A program made the position numbers and the translations under genes. This document shows positions 43,001-55,000 of a stretch of DNA of 64,000 nucleotides, piece by piece. The DNA is from Naegleria gruberi. Lineage: Eukaryota. Location of the stretch: the NCBI GenBank assembly GCA_000004985.1, contig GG738852.1; one strand, 5' to 3'. Numbering within the stretch: the stretch's first letter is position 1; each line of letters begins with the position of its first letter. The notes below the pieces were generated by a model. That model had not been told where the DNA came from and searched no databases. It was given only the letters and a program-made list of their open reading frames with translations.

Positions 43001-46000
43001 NNNNNNNNNNNNNNNNNNNNNNNNNNNNNNNNNNNNNNNNNNNNNNNNNNNNNNNNNNNNNNNNNNNNNNNNNNNNNNNNNNNNNNNNNNNNNNNNNNNN
43101 NNNNNNNNNNNNNNNNNNNNNNNNNNNNNNNNNNNNNNNNNNNNNNNNNNNNNNNNNNNNNNNNNNNNNNNNNNNNNNNNNNNNNNNNNNNNNNNNNNNN
43201 NNNNNNNNNNNNNNNNNNNNNNNNNNNNNNNNNNNNNNNNNNNNNNNNNNNNNNNNNNNNNNNNNNNNNNNNNNNNNNNNNNNNNNNNNNNNNNNNNNNN
43301 NNNNNNNNNNNNNNNNNNNNNNNNNNNNNNNNNNNNNNNNNNNNNNNNNNNNNNNNNNNNNNNNNNNNNNNNNNNNNNNNNNNNNNNNNNNNNNNNNNNN
43401 NNNNNNNNNNNNNNNNNNNNNNNNNNNNNNNNNNNNNNNNNNNNNNNNNNNNNNNNNNNNNNNNNNNNNNNNNNNNNNNNNNNNNNNNNNNNNNNNNNNN
43501 NNNNNNNNNNNNNNNNNNNNNNNNNNNNNNNNNNNNNNNNNNNNNNNNNNNNNNNNNNNNNNNNNNNNNNNNNNNNNNNNNNNNNNNNNNNNNNNNNNNN
43601 NNNNNNNNNNNNNNNNNNNNNNNNNNNNNNNNNNNNNNNNNNNNNNNNNNNNNNNNNNNNNNNNNNNNNNNNNNNNNNNNNNNNNNNNNNNNNNNNNNNN
43701 NNNNNNNNNNNNNNNNNNNNNNNNNNNNNNNNNNNNNNNNNNNNNNNNNNNNNNNNNNNNNNNNNNNNNNNNNNNNNNNNNNNNNNNNNNNNNNNNNNNN
43801 NNNNNNNNNNNNNNNNNNNNNNNNNNNNNNNNNNNNNNNNNNNNNNNNNNNNNNNNNNNNNNNNNNNNNNNNNNNNNNNNNNNNNNNNNNNNNNNNNNNN
43901 NNNNNNNNNNNNNNNNNNNNNNNNNNNNNNNNNNNNNNNNNNNNNNNNNNNNNNNNNNNNNNNNNNNNNNNNNNNNNNNNNNNNNNNNNNNNNNNNNNNN
44001 NNNNNNNNNNNNNNNNNNNNNNNNNNNNNNNNNNNNNNNNNNNNNNNNNNNNNNNNNNNNNNNNNNNNNNNNNNNNNNNNNNNNNNNNNNNNNNNNNNNN
44101 NNNNNNNNNNNNNNNNNNNNNNNNNNNNNNNNNNNNNNNNNNNNNNNNNNNNNNNNNNNNNNNNNNNNNNNNNNNNNNNNNNNNNNNNNNNNNNNNNNNN
44201 NNNNNNNNNNNNNNNNNNNNNNNNNNNNNNNNNNNNNNNNNNNNNNNNNNNNNNNNNNNNNNNNNNNNNNNNNNNNNNNNNNNNNNNNNNNNNNNNNNNN
44301 NNNNNNNNNNNNNNNNNNNNNNNNNNNNNNNNNNNNNNNNNNNNNNNNNNNNNNNNNNNNNNNNNNNNNNNNNNNNNNNNNNNNNNNNNNNNNNNNNNNN
44401 NNNNNNNNNNNNNNNNNNNNNNNNNNNNNNNNNNNNNNNNNNNNNNNNNNNNNNNNNNNNNNNNNNNNNNNNNNNNNNNNNNNNNNNNNNNNNNNNNNNN
44501 NNNNNNNNNNNNNNNNNNNNNNNNNNNNNNNNNNNNNNNNNNNNNNNNNNNNNNNNNNNNNNNNNNNNNNNNNNNNNNNNNNNNNNNNNNNNNNNNNNNN
44601 NNNNNNNNNNNNNNNNNNNNNNNNNNNNNNNNNNNNNNNNNNNNNNNNNNNNNNNNNNNNNNNNNNNNNNNNNNNNNNNNNNNNNNNNNNNNNNNNNNNN
44701 NNNNNNNNNNNNNNNNNNNNNNNNNNNNNNNNNNNNNNNNNNNNNNNNNNNNNNNNNNNNNNNNNNNNNNNNNNNNNNNNNNNNNNNNNNNNNNNNNNNN
44801 NNNNNNNNNNNNNNNNNNNNNNNNNNNNNNNNNNNNNNNNNNNNNNNNNNNNNNNNNNNNNNNNNNNNNNNNNNNNNNNNNNNNNNNNNNNNNNNNNNNN
44901 NNNNNNNNNNNNNNNNNNNNNNNNNNNNNNNNNNNNNNNNNNNNNNNNNNNNNNNNNNNNNNNNNNNNNNNNNNNNNNNNNNNNNNNNNNNNNNNNNNNN
45001 NNNNNNNNNNNNNNNNNNNNNNNNNNNNNNNNNNNNNNNNNNNNNNNNNNNNNNNNNNNNNNNNNNNNNNNNNNNNNNNNNNNNNNNNNNNNNNNNNNNN
45101 NNNNNNNNNNNNNNNNNNNNNNNNNNNNNNNNNNNNNNNNNNNNNNNNNNNNNNNNNNNNNNNNNNNNNNNNNNNNNNNNNNNNNNNNNNNNNNNNNNNN
45201 NNNNNNNNNNNNNNNNNNNNNNNNNNNNNNNNNNNNNNNNNNNNNNNNNNNNNNNNNNNNNNNNNNNNNNNNNNNNNNNNNNNNNNNNNNNNNNNNNNNN
45301 NNNNNNNNNNNNNNNNNNNNNNNNNNNNNNNNNNNNNNNNNNNNNNNNNNNNNNNNNNNNNNNNNNNNNNNNNNNNNNNNNNNNNNNNNNNNNNNNNNNN
45401 NNNNNNNNNNNNNNNNNNNNNNNNNNNNNNNNNNNNNNNNNNNNNNNNNNNNNNNNNNNNNNNNNNNNNNNNNNNNNNNNNNNNNNNNNNNNNNNNNNNN
45501 NNNNNNNNNNNNNNNNNNNNNNNNNNNNNNNNNNNNNNNNNNNNNNNNNNNNNNNNNNNNNNNNNNNNNNNNNNNNNNNNNNNNNNNNNNNNNNNNNNNN
45601 NNNNNNNNNNNNNNNNNNNNNNNNNNNNNNNNNNNNNNNNNNNNNNNNNNNNNNNNNNNNNNNNNNNNNNNNNNNNNNNNNNNNNNNNNNNNNNNNNNNN
45701 NNNNNNNNNNNNNNNNNNNNNNNNNNNNNNNNNNNNNNNNNNNNNNNNNNNNNNNNNNNNNNNNNNNNNNNNNNNNNNNNNNNNNNNNNNNNNNNNNNNN
45801 NNNNNNNNNNNNNNNNNNNNNNNNNNNNNNNNNNNNNNNNNNNNNNNNNNNNNNNNNNNNNNNNNNNNNNNNNNNNNNNNNNNNNNNNNNNNNNNNNNNN
45901 NNNNNNNNNNNNNNNNNNNNNNNNNNNNNNNNNNNNNNNNNNNNNNNNNNNNNNNNNNNNNNNNNNNNNNNNNNNNNNNNNNNNNNNNNNNNNNNNNNNN

Positions 46001-49000
46001 NNNNNNNNNNNNNNNNNNNNNNNNNNNNNNNNNNNNNNNNNNNNNNNNNNNNNNNNNNNNNNNNNNNNNNNNNNNNNNNNNNNNNNNNNNNNNNNNNNNN
46101 NNNNNNNNNNNNNNNNNNNNNNNNNNNNNNNNNNNNNNNNNNNNNNNNNNNNNNNNNNNNNNNNNNNNNNNNNNNNNNNNNNNNNNNNNNNNNNNNNNNN
46201 NNNNNNNNNNNNNNNNNNNNNNNNNNNNNNNNNNNNNNNNNNNNNNNNNNNNNNNNNNNNNNNNNNNNNNNNNNNNNNNNNNNNNNNNNNNNNNNNNNNN
46301 NNNNNNNNNNNNNNNNNNNNNNNNNNNNNNNNNNNNNNNNNNNNNNNNNNNNNNNNNNNNNNNNNNNNNNNNNNNNNNNNNNNNNNNNNNNNNNNNNNNN
46401 NNNNNNNNNNNNNNNNNNNNNNNNNNNNNNNNNNNNNNNNNNNNNNNNNNNNNNNNNNNNNNNNNNNNNNNNNNNNNNNNNNNNNNNNNNNNNNNNNNNN
46501 NNNNNNNNNNNNNNNNNNNNNNNNNNNNNNNNNNNNNNNNNNNNNNNNNNNNNNNNNNNNNNNNNNNNNNNNNNNNNNNNNNNNNNNNNNNNNNNNNNNN
46601 NNNNNNNNNNNNNNNNNNNNNNNNNNNNNNNNNNNNNNNNNNNNNNNNNNNNNNNNNNNNNNNNNNNNNNNNNNNNNNNNNNNNNNNNNNNNNNNNNNNN
46701 NNNNNNNNNNNNNNNNNNNNNNNNNNNNNNNNNNNNNNNNNNNNNNNNNNNNNNNNNNNNNNNNNNNNNNNNNNNNNNNNNNNNNNNNNNNNNNNNNNNN
46801 NNNNNNNNNNNNNNNNNNNNNNNNNNNNNNNNNNNNNNNNNNNNNNNNNNNNNNNNNNNNNNNNNNNNNNNNNNNNNNNNNNNNNNNNNNNNNNNNNNNN
46901 NNNNNNNNNNNNNNNNNNNNNNNNNNNNNNNNNNNNNNNNNNNNNNNNNNNNNNNNNNNNNNNNNNNNNNNNNNNNNNNNNNNNNNNNNNNNNNNNNNNN
47001 NNNNNNNNNNNNNNNNNNNNNNNNNNNNNNNNNNNNNNNNNNNNNNNNNNNNNNNNNNNNNNNNNNNNNNNNNNNNNNNNNNNNNNNNNNNNNNNNNNNN
47101 NNNNNNNNNNNNNNNNNNNNNNNNNNNNNNNNNNNNNNNNNNNNNNNNNNNNNNNNNNNNNNNNNNNNNNNNNNNNNNNNNNNNNNNNNNNNNNNNNNNN
47201 NNNNNNNNNNNNNNNNNNNNNNNNNNNNNNNNNNNNNNNNNNNNNNNNNNNNNNNNNNNNNNNNNNNNNNNNNNNNNNNNNNNNNNNNNNNNNNNNNNNN
47301 NNNNNNNNNNNNNNNNNNNNNNNNNNNNNNNNNNNNNNNNNNNNNNNNNNNNNNNNNNNNNNNNNNNNNNNNNNNNNNNNNNNNNNNNNNNNNNNNNNNN
47401 NNNNNNNNNNNNNNNNNNNNNNNNNNNNNNNNNNNNNNNNNNNNNNNNNNNNNNNNNNNNNNNNNNNNNNNNNNNNNNNNNNNNNNNNNNNNNNNNNNNN
47501 NNNNNNNNNNNNNNNNNNNNNNNNNNNNNNNNNNNNNNNNNNNNNNNNNNNNNNNNNNNNNNNNNNNNNNNNNNNNNNNNNNNNNNNNNNNNNNNNNNNN
47601 NNNNNNNNNNNNNNNNNNNNNNNNNNNNNNNNNNNNNNNNNNNNNNNNNNNNNNNNNNNNNNNNNNNNNNNNNNNNNNNNNNNNNNNNNNNNNNNNNNNN
47701 NNNNNNNNNNNNNNNNNNNNNNNNNNNNNNNNNNNNNNNNNNNNNNNNNNNNNNNNNNNNNNNNNNNNNNNNNNNNNNNNNNNNNNNNNNNNNNNNNNNN
47801 NNNNNNNNNNNNNNNNNNNNNNNNNNNNNNNNNNNNNNNNNNNNNNNNNNNNNNNNNNNNNNNNNNNNNNNNNNNNNNNNNNNNNNNNNNNNNNNNNNNN
47901 NNNNNNNNNNNNNNNNNNNNNNNNNNNNNNNNNNNNNNNNNNNNNNNNNNNNNNNNNNNNNNNNNNNNNNNNNNNNNNNNNNNNNNNNNNNNNNNNNNNN
48001 NNNNNNNNNNNNNNNNNNNNNNNNNNNNNNNNNNNNNNNNNNNNNNNNNNNNNNNNNNNNNNNNNNNNNNNNNNNNNNNNNNNNNNNNNNNNNNNNNNNN
48101 NNNNNNNNNNNNNNNNNNNNNNNNNNNNNNNNNNNNNNNNNNNNNNNNNNNNNNNNNNNNNNNNNNNNNNNNNNNNNNNNNNNNNNNNNNNNNNNNNNNN
48201 NNNNNNNNNNNNNNNNNNNNNNNNNNNNNNNNNNNNNNNNNNNNNNNNNNNNNNNNNNNNNNNNNNNNNNNNNNNNNNNNNNNNNNNNNNNNNNNNNNNN
48301 NNNNNNNNNNNNNNNNNNNNNNNNNNNNNNNNNNNNNNNNNNNNNNNNNNNNNNNNNNNNNNNNNNNNNNNNNNNNNNNNNNNNNNNNNNNNNNNNNNNN
48401 NNNNNNNNNNNNNNNNNNNNNNNNNNNNNNNNNNNNNNNNNNNNNNNNNNNNNNNNNNNNNNNNNNNNNNNNNNNNNNNNNNNNNNNNNNNNNNNNNNNN
48501 NNNNNNNNNNNNNNNNNNNNNNNNNNNNNNNNNNNNNNNNNNNNNNNNNNNNNNNNNNNNNNNNNNNNNNNNNNNNNNNNNNNNNNNNNNNNNNNNNNNN
48601 NNNNNNNNNNNNNNNNNNNNNNNNNNNNNNNNNNNNNNNNNNNNNNNNNNNNNNNNNNNNNNNNNNNNNNNNNNNNNNNNNNNNNNNNNNNNNNNNNNNN
48701 NNNNNNNNNNNNNNNNNNNNNNNNNNNNNNNNNNNNNNNNNNNNNNNNNNNNNNNNNNNNNNNNNNNNNNNNNNNNNNNNNNNNNNNNNNNNNNNNNNNN
48801 NNNNNNNNNNNNNNNNNNNNNNNNNNNNNNNNNNNNNNNNNNNNNNNNNNNNNNNNNNNNNNNNNNNNNNNNNNNNNNNNNNNNNNNNNNNNNNNNNNNN
48901 NNNNNNNNNNNNNNNNNNNNNNNNNNNNNNNNNNNNNNNNNNNNNNNNNNNNNNNNNNNNNNNNNNNNNNNNNNNNNNNNNNNNNNNNNNNNNNNNNNNN

Positions 49001-52000
49001 NNNNNNNNNNNNNNNNNNNNNNNNNNNNNNNNNNNNNNNNNNNNNNNNNNNNNNNNNNNNNNNNNNNNNNNNNNNNNNNNNNNNNNNNNNNNNNNNNNNN
49101 NNNNNNNNNNNNNNNNNNNNNNNNNNNNNNNNNNNNNNNNNNNNNNNNNNNNNNNNNNNNNNNNNNNNNNNNNNNNNNNNNNNNNNNNNNNNNNNNNNNN
49201 NNNNNNNNNNNNNNNNNNNNNNNNNNNNNNNNNNNNNNNNNNNNNNNNNNNNNNNNNNNNNNNNNNNNNNNNNNNNNNNNNNNNNNNNNNNNNNNNNNNN
49301 NNNNNNNNNNNNNNNNNNNNNNNNNNNNNNNNNNNNNNNNNNNNNNNNNNNNNNNNNNNNNNNNNNNNNNNNNNNNNNNNNNNNNNNNNNNNNNNNNNNN
49401 NNNNNNNNNNNNNNNNNNNNNNNNNNNNNNNNNNNNNNNNNNNNNNNNNNNNNNNNNNNNNNNNNNNNNNNNNNNNNNNNNNNNNNNNNNNNNNNNNNNN
49501 NNNNNNNNNNNNNNNNNNNNNNNNNNNNNNNNNNNNNNNNNNNNNNNNNNNNNNNNNNNNNNNNNNNNNNNNNNNNNNNNNNNNNNNNNNNNNNNNNNNN
49601 NNNNNNNNNNNNNNNNNNNNNNNNNNNNNNNNNNNNNNNNNNNNNNNNNNNNNNNNNNNNNNNNNNNNNNNNNNNNNNNNNNNNNNNNNNNNNNNNNNNN
49701 NNNNNNNNNNNNNNNNNNNNNNNNNNNNNNNNNNNNNNNNNNNNNNNNNNNNNNNNNNNNNNNNNNNNNNNNNNNNNNNNNNNNNNNNNNNNNNNNNNNN
49801 NNNNNNNNNNNNNNNNNNNNNNNNNNNNNNNNNNNNNNNNNNNNNNNNNNNNNNNNNNNNNNNNNNNNNNNNNNNNNNNNNNNNNNNNNNNNNNNNNNNN
49901 NNNNNNNNNNNNNNNNNNNNNNNNNNNNNNNNNNNNNNNNNNNNNNNNNNNNNNNNNNNNNNNNNNNNNNNNNNNNNNNNNNNNNNNNNNNNNNNNNNNN
50001 NNNNNNNNNNNNNNNNNNNNNNNNNNNNNNNNNNNNNNNNNNNNNNNNNNNNNNNNNNNNNNNNNNNNNNNNNNNNNNNNNNNNNNNNNNNNNNNNNNNN
50101 NNNNNNNNNNNNNNNNNNNNNNNNNNNNNNNNNNNNNNNNNNNNNNNNNNNNNNNNNNNNNNNNNNNNNNNNNNNNNNNNNNNNNNNNNNNNNNNNNNNN
50201 NNNNNNNNNNNNNNNNNNNNNNNNNNNNNNNNNNNNNNNNNNNNNNNNNNNNNNNNNNNNNNNNNNNNNNNNNNNNNNNNNNNNNNNNNNNNNNNNNNNN
50301 NNNNNNNNNNNNNNNNNNNNNNNNNNNNNNNNNNNNNNNNNNNNNNNNNNNNNNNNNNNNNNNNNNNNNNNNNNNNNNNNNNNNNNNNNNNNNNNNNNNN
50401 NNNNNNNNNNNNNNNNNNNNNNNNNNNNNNNNNNNNNNNNNNNNNNNNNNNNNNNNNNNNNNNNNNNNNNNNNNNNNNNNNNNNNNNNNNNNNNNNNNNN
50501 NNNNNNNNNNNNNNNNNNNNNNNNNNNNNNNNNNNNNNNNNNNNNNNNNNNNNNNNNNNNNNNNNNNNNNNNNNNNNNNNNNNNNNNNNNNNNNNNNNNN
50601 NNNNNNNNNNNNNNNNNNNNNNNNNNNNNNNNNNNNNNNNNNNNNNNNNNNNNNNNNNNNNNNNNNNNNNNNNNNNNNNNNNNNNNNNNNNNNNNNNNNN
50701 NNNNNNNNNNNNNNNNNNNNNNNNNNNNNNNNNNNNNNNNNNNNNNNNNNNNNNNNNNNNNNNNNNNNNNNNNNNNNNNNNNNNNNNNNNNNNNNNNNNN
50801 NNNNNNNNNNNNNNNNNNNNNNNNNNNNNNNNNNNNNNNNNNNNNNNNNNNNNNNNNNNNNNNNNNNNNNNNNNNNNNNNNNNNNNNNNNNNNNNNNNNN
50901 NNNNNNNNNNNNNNNNNNNNNNNNNNNNNNNNNNNNNNNNNNNNNNNNNNNNNNNNNNNNNNNNNNNNNNNNNNNNNNNNNNNNNNNNNNNNNNNNNNNN
51001 NNNNNNNNNNNNNNNNNNNNNNNNNNNNNNNNNNNNNNNNNNNNNNNNNNNNNNNNNNNNNNNNNNNNNNNNNNNNNNNNNNNNNNNNNNNNNNNNNNNN
51101 NNNNNNNNNNNNNNNNNNNNNNNNNNNNNNNNNNNNNNNNNNNNNNNNNNNNNNNNNNNNNNNNNNNNNNNNNNNNNNNNNNNNNNNNNNNNNNNNNNNN
51201 NNNNNNNNNNNNNNNNNNNNNNNNNNNNNNNNNNNNNNNNNNNNNNNNNNNNNNNNNNNNNNNNNNNNNNNNNNNNNNNNNNNNNNNNNNNNNNNNNNNN
51301 NNNNNNNNNNNNNNNNNNNNNNNNNNNNNNNNNNNNNNNNNNNNNNNNNNNNNNNNNNNNNNNNNNNNNNNNNNNNNNNNNNNNNNNNNNNNNNNNNNNN
51401 NNNNNNNNNNNNNNNNNNNNNNNNNNNNNNNNNNNNNNNNNNNNNNNNNNNNNNNNNNNNNNNNNNNNNNNNNNNNNNNNNNNNNNNNNNNNNNNNNNNN
51501 NNNNNNNNNNNNNNNNNNNNNNNNNNNNNNNNNNNNNNNNNNNNNNNNNNNNNNNNNNNNNNNNNNNNNNNNNNNNNNNNNNNNNNNNNNNNNNNNNNNN
51601 NNNNNNNNNNNNNNNNNNNNNNNNNNNNNNNNNNNNNNNNNNNNNNNNNNNNNNNNNNNNNNNNNNNNNNNNNNNNNNNNNNNNNNNNNNNNNNNNNNNN
51701 NNNNNNNNNNNNNNNNNNNNNNNNNNNNNNNNNNNNNNNNNNNNNNNNNNNNNNNNNNNNNNNNNNNNNNNNNNNNNNNNNNNNNNNNNNNNNNNNNNNN
51801 NNNNNNNNNNNNNNNNNNNNNNNNNNNNNNNNNNNNNNNNNNNNNNNNNNNNNNNNNNNNNNNNNNNNNNNNNNNNNNNNNNNNNNNNNNNNNNNNNNNN
51901 NNNNNNNNNNNNNNNNNNNNNNNNNNNNNNNNNNNNNNNNNNNNNNNNNNNNNNNNNNNNNNNNNNNNNNNNNNNNNNNNNNNNNNNNNNNNNNNNNNNN

Positions 52001-55000
52001 NNNNNNNNNNNNNNNNNNNNNNNNNNNNNNNNNNNNNNNNNNNNNNNNNNNNNNNNNNNNNNNNNNNNNNNNNNNNNNNNNNNNNNNNNNNNNNNNNNNN
52101 NNNNNNNNNNNNNNNNNNNNNNNNNNNNNNNNNNNNNNNNNNNNNNNNNNNNNNNNNNNNNNNNNNNNNNNNNNNNNNNNNNNNNNNNNNNNNNNNNNNN
52201 NNNNNNNNNNNNNNNNNNNNNNNNNNNNNNNNNNNNNNNNNNNNNNNNNNNNNNNNNNNNNNNNNNNNNNNNNNNNNNNNNNNNNNNNNNNNNNNNNNNN
52301 NNNNNNNNNNNNNNNNNNNNNNNNNNNNNNNNNNNNNNNNNNNNNNNNNNNNNNNNNNNNNNNNNNNNNNNNNNNNNNNNNNNNNNNNNNNNNNNNNNNN
52401 NNNNNNNNNNNNNNNNNNNNNNNNNNNNNNNNNNNNNNNNNNNNNNNNNNNNNNNNNNNNNNNNNNNNNNNNNNNNNNNNNNNNNNNNNNNNNNNNNNNN
52501 NNNNNNNNNNNNNNNNNNNNNNNNNNNNNNNNNNNNNNNNNNNNNNNNNNNNNNNNNNNNNNNNNNNNNNNNNNNNNNNNNNNNNNNNNNNNNNNNNNNN
52601 NNNNNNNNNNNNNNNNNNNNNNNNNNNNNNNNNNNNNNNNNNNNNNNNNNNNNNNNNNNNNNNNNNNNNNNNNNNNNNNNNNNNNNNNNNNNNNNNNNNN
52701 NNNNNNNNNNNNNNNNNNNNNNNNNNNNNNNNNNNNNNNNNNNNNNNNNNNNNNNNNNNNNNNNNNNNNNNNNNNNNNNNNNNNNNNNNNNNNNNNNNNN
52801 NNNNNNNNNNNNNNNNNNNNNNNNNNNNNNNNNNNNNNNNNNNNNNNNNNNNNNNNNNNNNNNNNNNNNNNNNNNNNNNNNNNNNNNNNNNNNNNNNNNN
52901 NNNNNNNNNNNNNNNNNNNNNNNNNNNNNNNNNNNNNNNNNNNNNNNNNNNNNNNNNNNNNNNNNNNNNNNNNNNNNNNNNNNNNNNNNNNNNNNNNNNN
53001 NNNNNNNNNNNNNNNNNNNNNNNNNNNNNNNNNNNNNNNNNNNNNNNNNNNNNNNNNNNNNNNNNNNNNNNNNNNNNNNNNNNNNNNNNNNNNNNNNNNN
53101 NNNNNNNNNNNNNNNNNNNNNNNNNNNNNNNNNNNNNNNNNNNNNNNNNNNNNNNNNNNNNNNNNNNNNNNNNNNNNNNNNNNNNNNNNNNNNNNNNNNN
53201 NNNNNNNNNNNNNNNNNNNNNNNNNNNNNNNNNNNNNNNNNNNNNNNNNNNNNNNNNNNNNNNNNNNNNNNNNNNNNNNNNNNNNNNNNNNNNNNNNNNN
53301 NNNNNNNNNNNNNNNNNNNNNNNNNNNNNNNNNNNNNNNNNNNNNNNNNNNNNNNNNNNNNNNNNNNNNNNNNNNNNNNNNNNNNNNNNNNNNNNNNNNN
53401 NNNNNNNNNNNNNNNNNNNNNNNNNNNNNNNNNNNNNNNNNNNNNNNNNNNNNNNNNNNNNNNNNNNNNNNNNNNNNNNNNNNNNNNNNNNNNNNNNNNN
53501 NNNNNNNNNNNNNNNNNNNNNNNNNNNNNNNNNNNNNNNNNNNNNNNNNNNNNNNNNNNNNNNNNNNNNNNNNNNNNNNNNNNNNNNNNNNNNNNNNNNN
53601 NNNNNNNNNNNNNNNNNNNNNNNNNNNNNNNNNNNNNNNNNNNNNNNNNNNNNNNNNNNNNNNNNNNNNNNNNNNNNNNNNNNNNNNNNNNNNNNNNNNN
53701 NNNNNNNNNNNNNNNNNNNNNNNNNNNNNNNNNNNNNNNNNNNNNNNNNNNNNNNNNNNNNNNNNNNNNNNNNNNNNNNNNNNNNNNNNNNNNNNNNNNN
53801 NNNNNNNNNNNNNNNNNNNNNNNNNNNNNNNNNNNNNNNNNNNNNNNNNNNNNNNNNNNNNNNNNNNNNNNNNNNNNNNNNNNNNNNNNNNNNNNNNNNN
53901 NNNNNNNNNNNNNNNNNNNNNNNNNNNNNNNNNNNNNNNNNNNNNNNNNNNNNNNNNNNNNNNNNNNNNNNNNNNNNNNNNNNNNNNNNNNNNNNNNNNN
54001 NNNNNNNNNNNNNNNNNNNNNNNNNNNNNNNNNNNNNNNNNNNNNNNNNNNNNNNNNNNNNNNNNNNNNNNNNNNNNNNNNNNNNNNNNNNNNNNNNNNN
54101 NNNNNNNNNNNNNNNNNNNNNNNNNNNNNNNNNNNNNNNNNNNNNNNNNNNNNNNNNNNNNNNNNNNNNNNNNNNNNNNNNNNNNNNNNNNNNNNNNNNN
54201 NNNNNNNNNNNNNNNNNNNNNNNNNNNNNNNNNNNNNNNNNNNNNNNNNNNNNNNNNNNNNNNNNNNNNNNNNNNNNNNNNNNNNNNNNNNNNNNNNNNN
54301 NNNNNNNNNNNNNNNNNNNNNNNNNNNNNNNNNNNNNNNNNNNNNNNNNNNNNNNNNNNNNNNNNNNNNNNNNNNNNNNNNNNNNNNNNNNNNNNNNNNN
54401 NNNNNNNNNNNNNNNNNNNNNNNNNNNNNNNNNNNNNNNNNNNNNNNNNNNNNNNNNNNNNNNNNNNNNNNNNNNNNNNNNNNNNNNNNNNNNNNNNNNN
54501 NNNNNNNNNNNNNNNNNNNNNNNNNNNNNNNNNNNNNNNNNNNNNNNNNNNNNNNNNNNNNNNNNNNNNNNNNNNNNNNNNNNNNNNNNNNNNNNNNNNN
54601 NNNNNNNNNNNNNNNNNNNNNNNNNNNNNNNNNNNNNNNNNNNNNNNNNNNNNNNNNNNNNNNNNNNNNNNNNNNNNNNNNNNNNNNNNNNNNNNNNNNN
54701 NNNNNNNNNNNNNNNNNNNNNNNNNNNNNNNNNNNNNNNNNNNNNNNNNNNNNNNNNNNNNNNNNNNNNNNNNNNNNNNNNNNNNNNNNNNNNNNNNNNN
54801 NNNNNNNNNNNNNNNNNNNNNNNNNNNNNNNNNNNNNNNNNNNNNNNNNNNNNNNNNNNNNNNNNNNNNNNNNNNNNNNNNNNNNNNNNNNNNNNNNNNN
54901 NNNNNNNNNNNNNNNNNNNNNNNNNNNNNNNNNNNNNNNNNNNNNNNNNNNNNNNNNNNNNNNNNNNNNNNNNNNNNNNNNNNNNNNNNNNNNNNNNNNN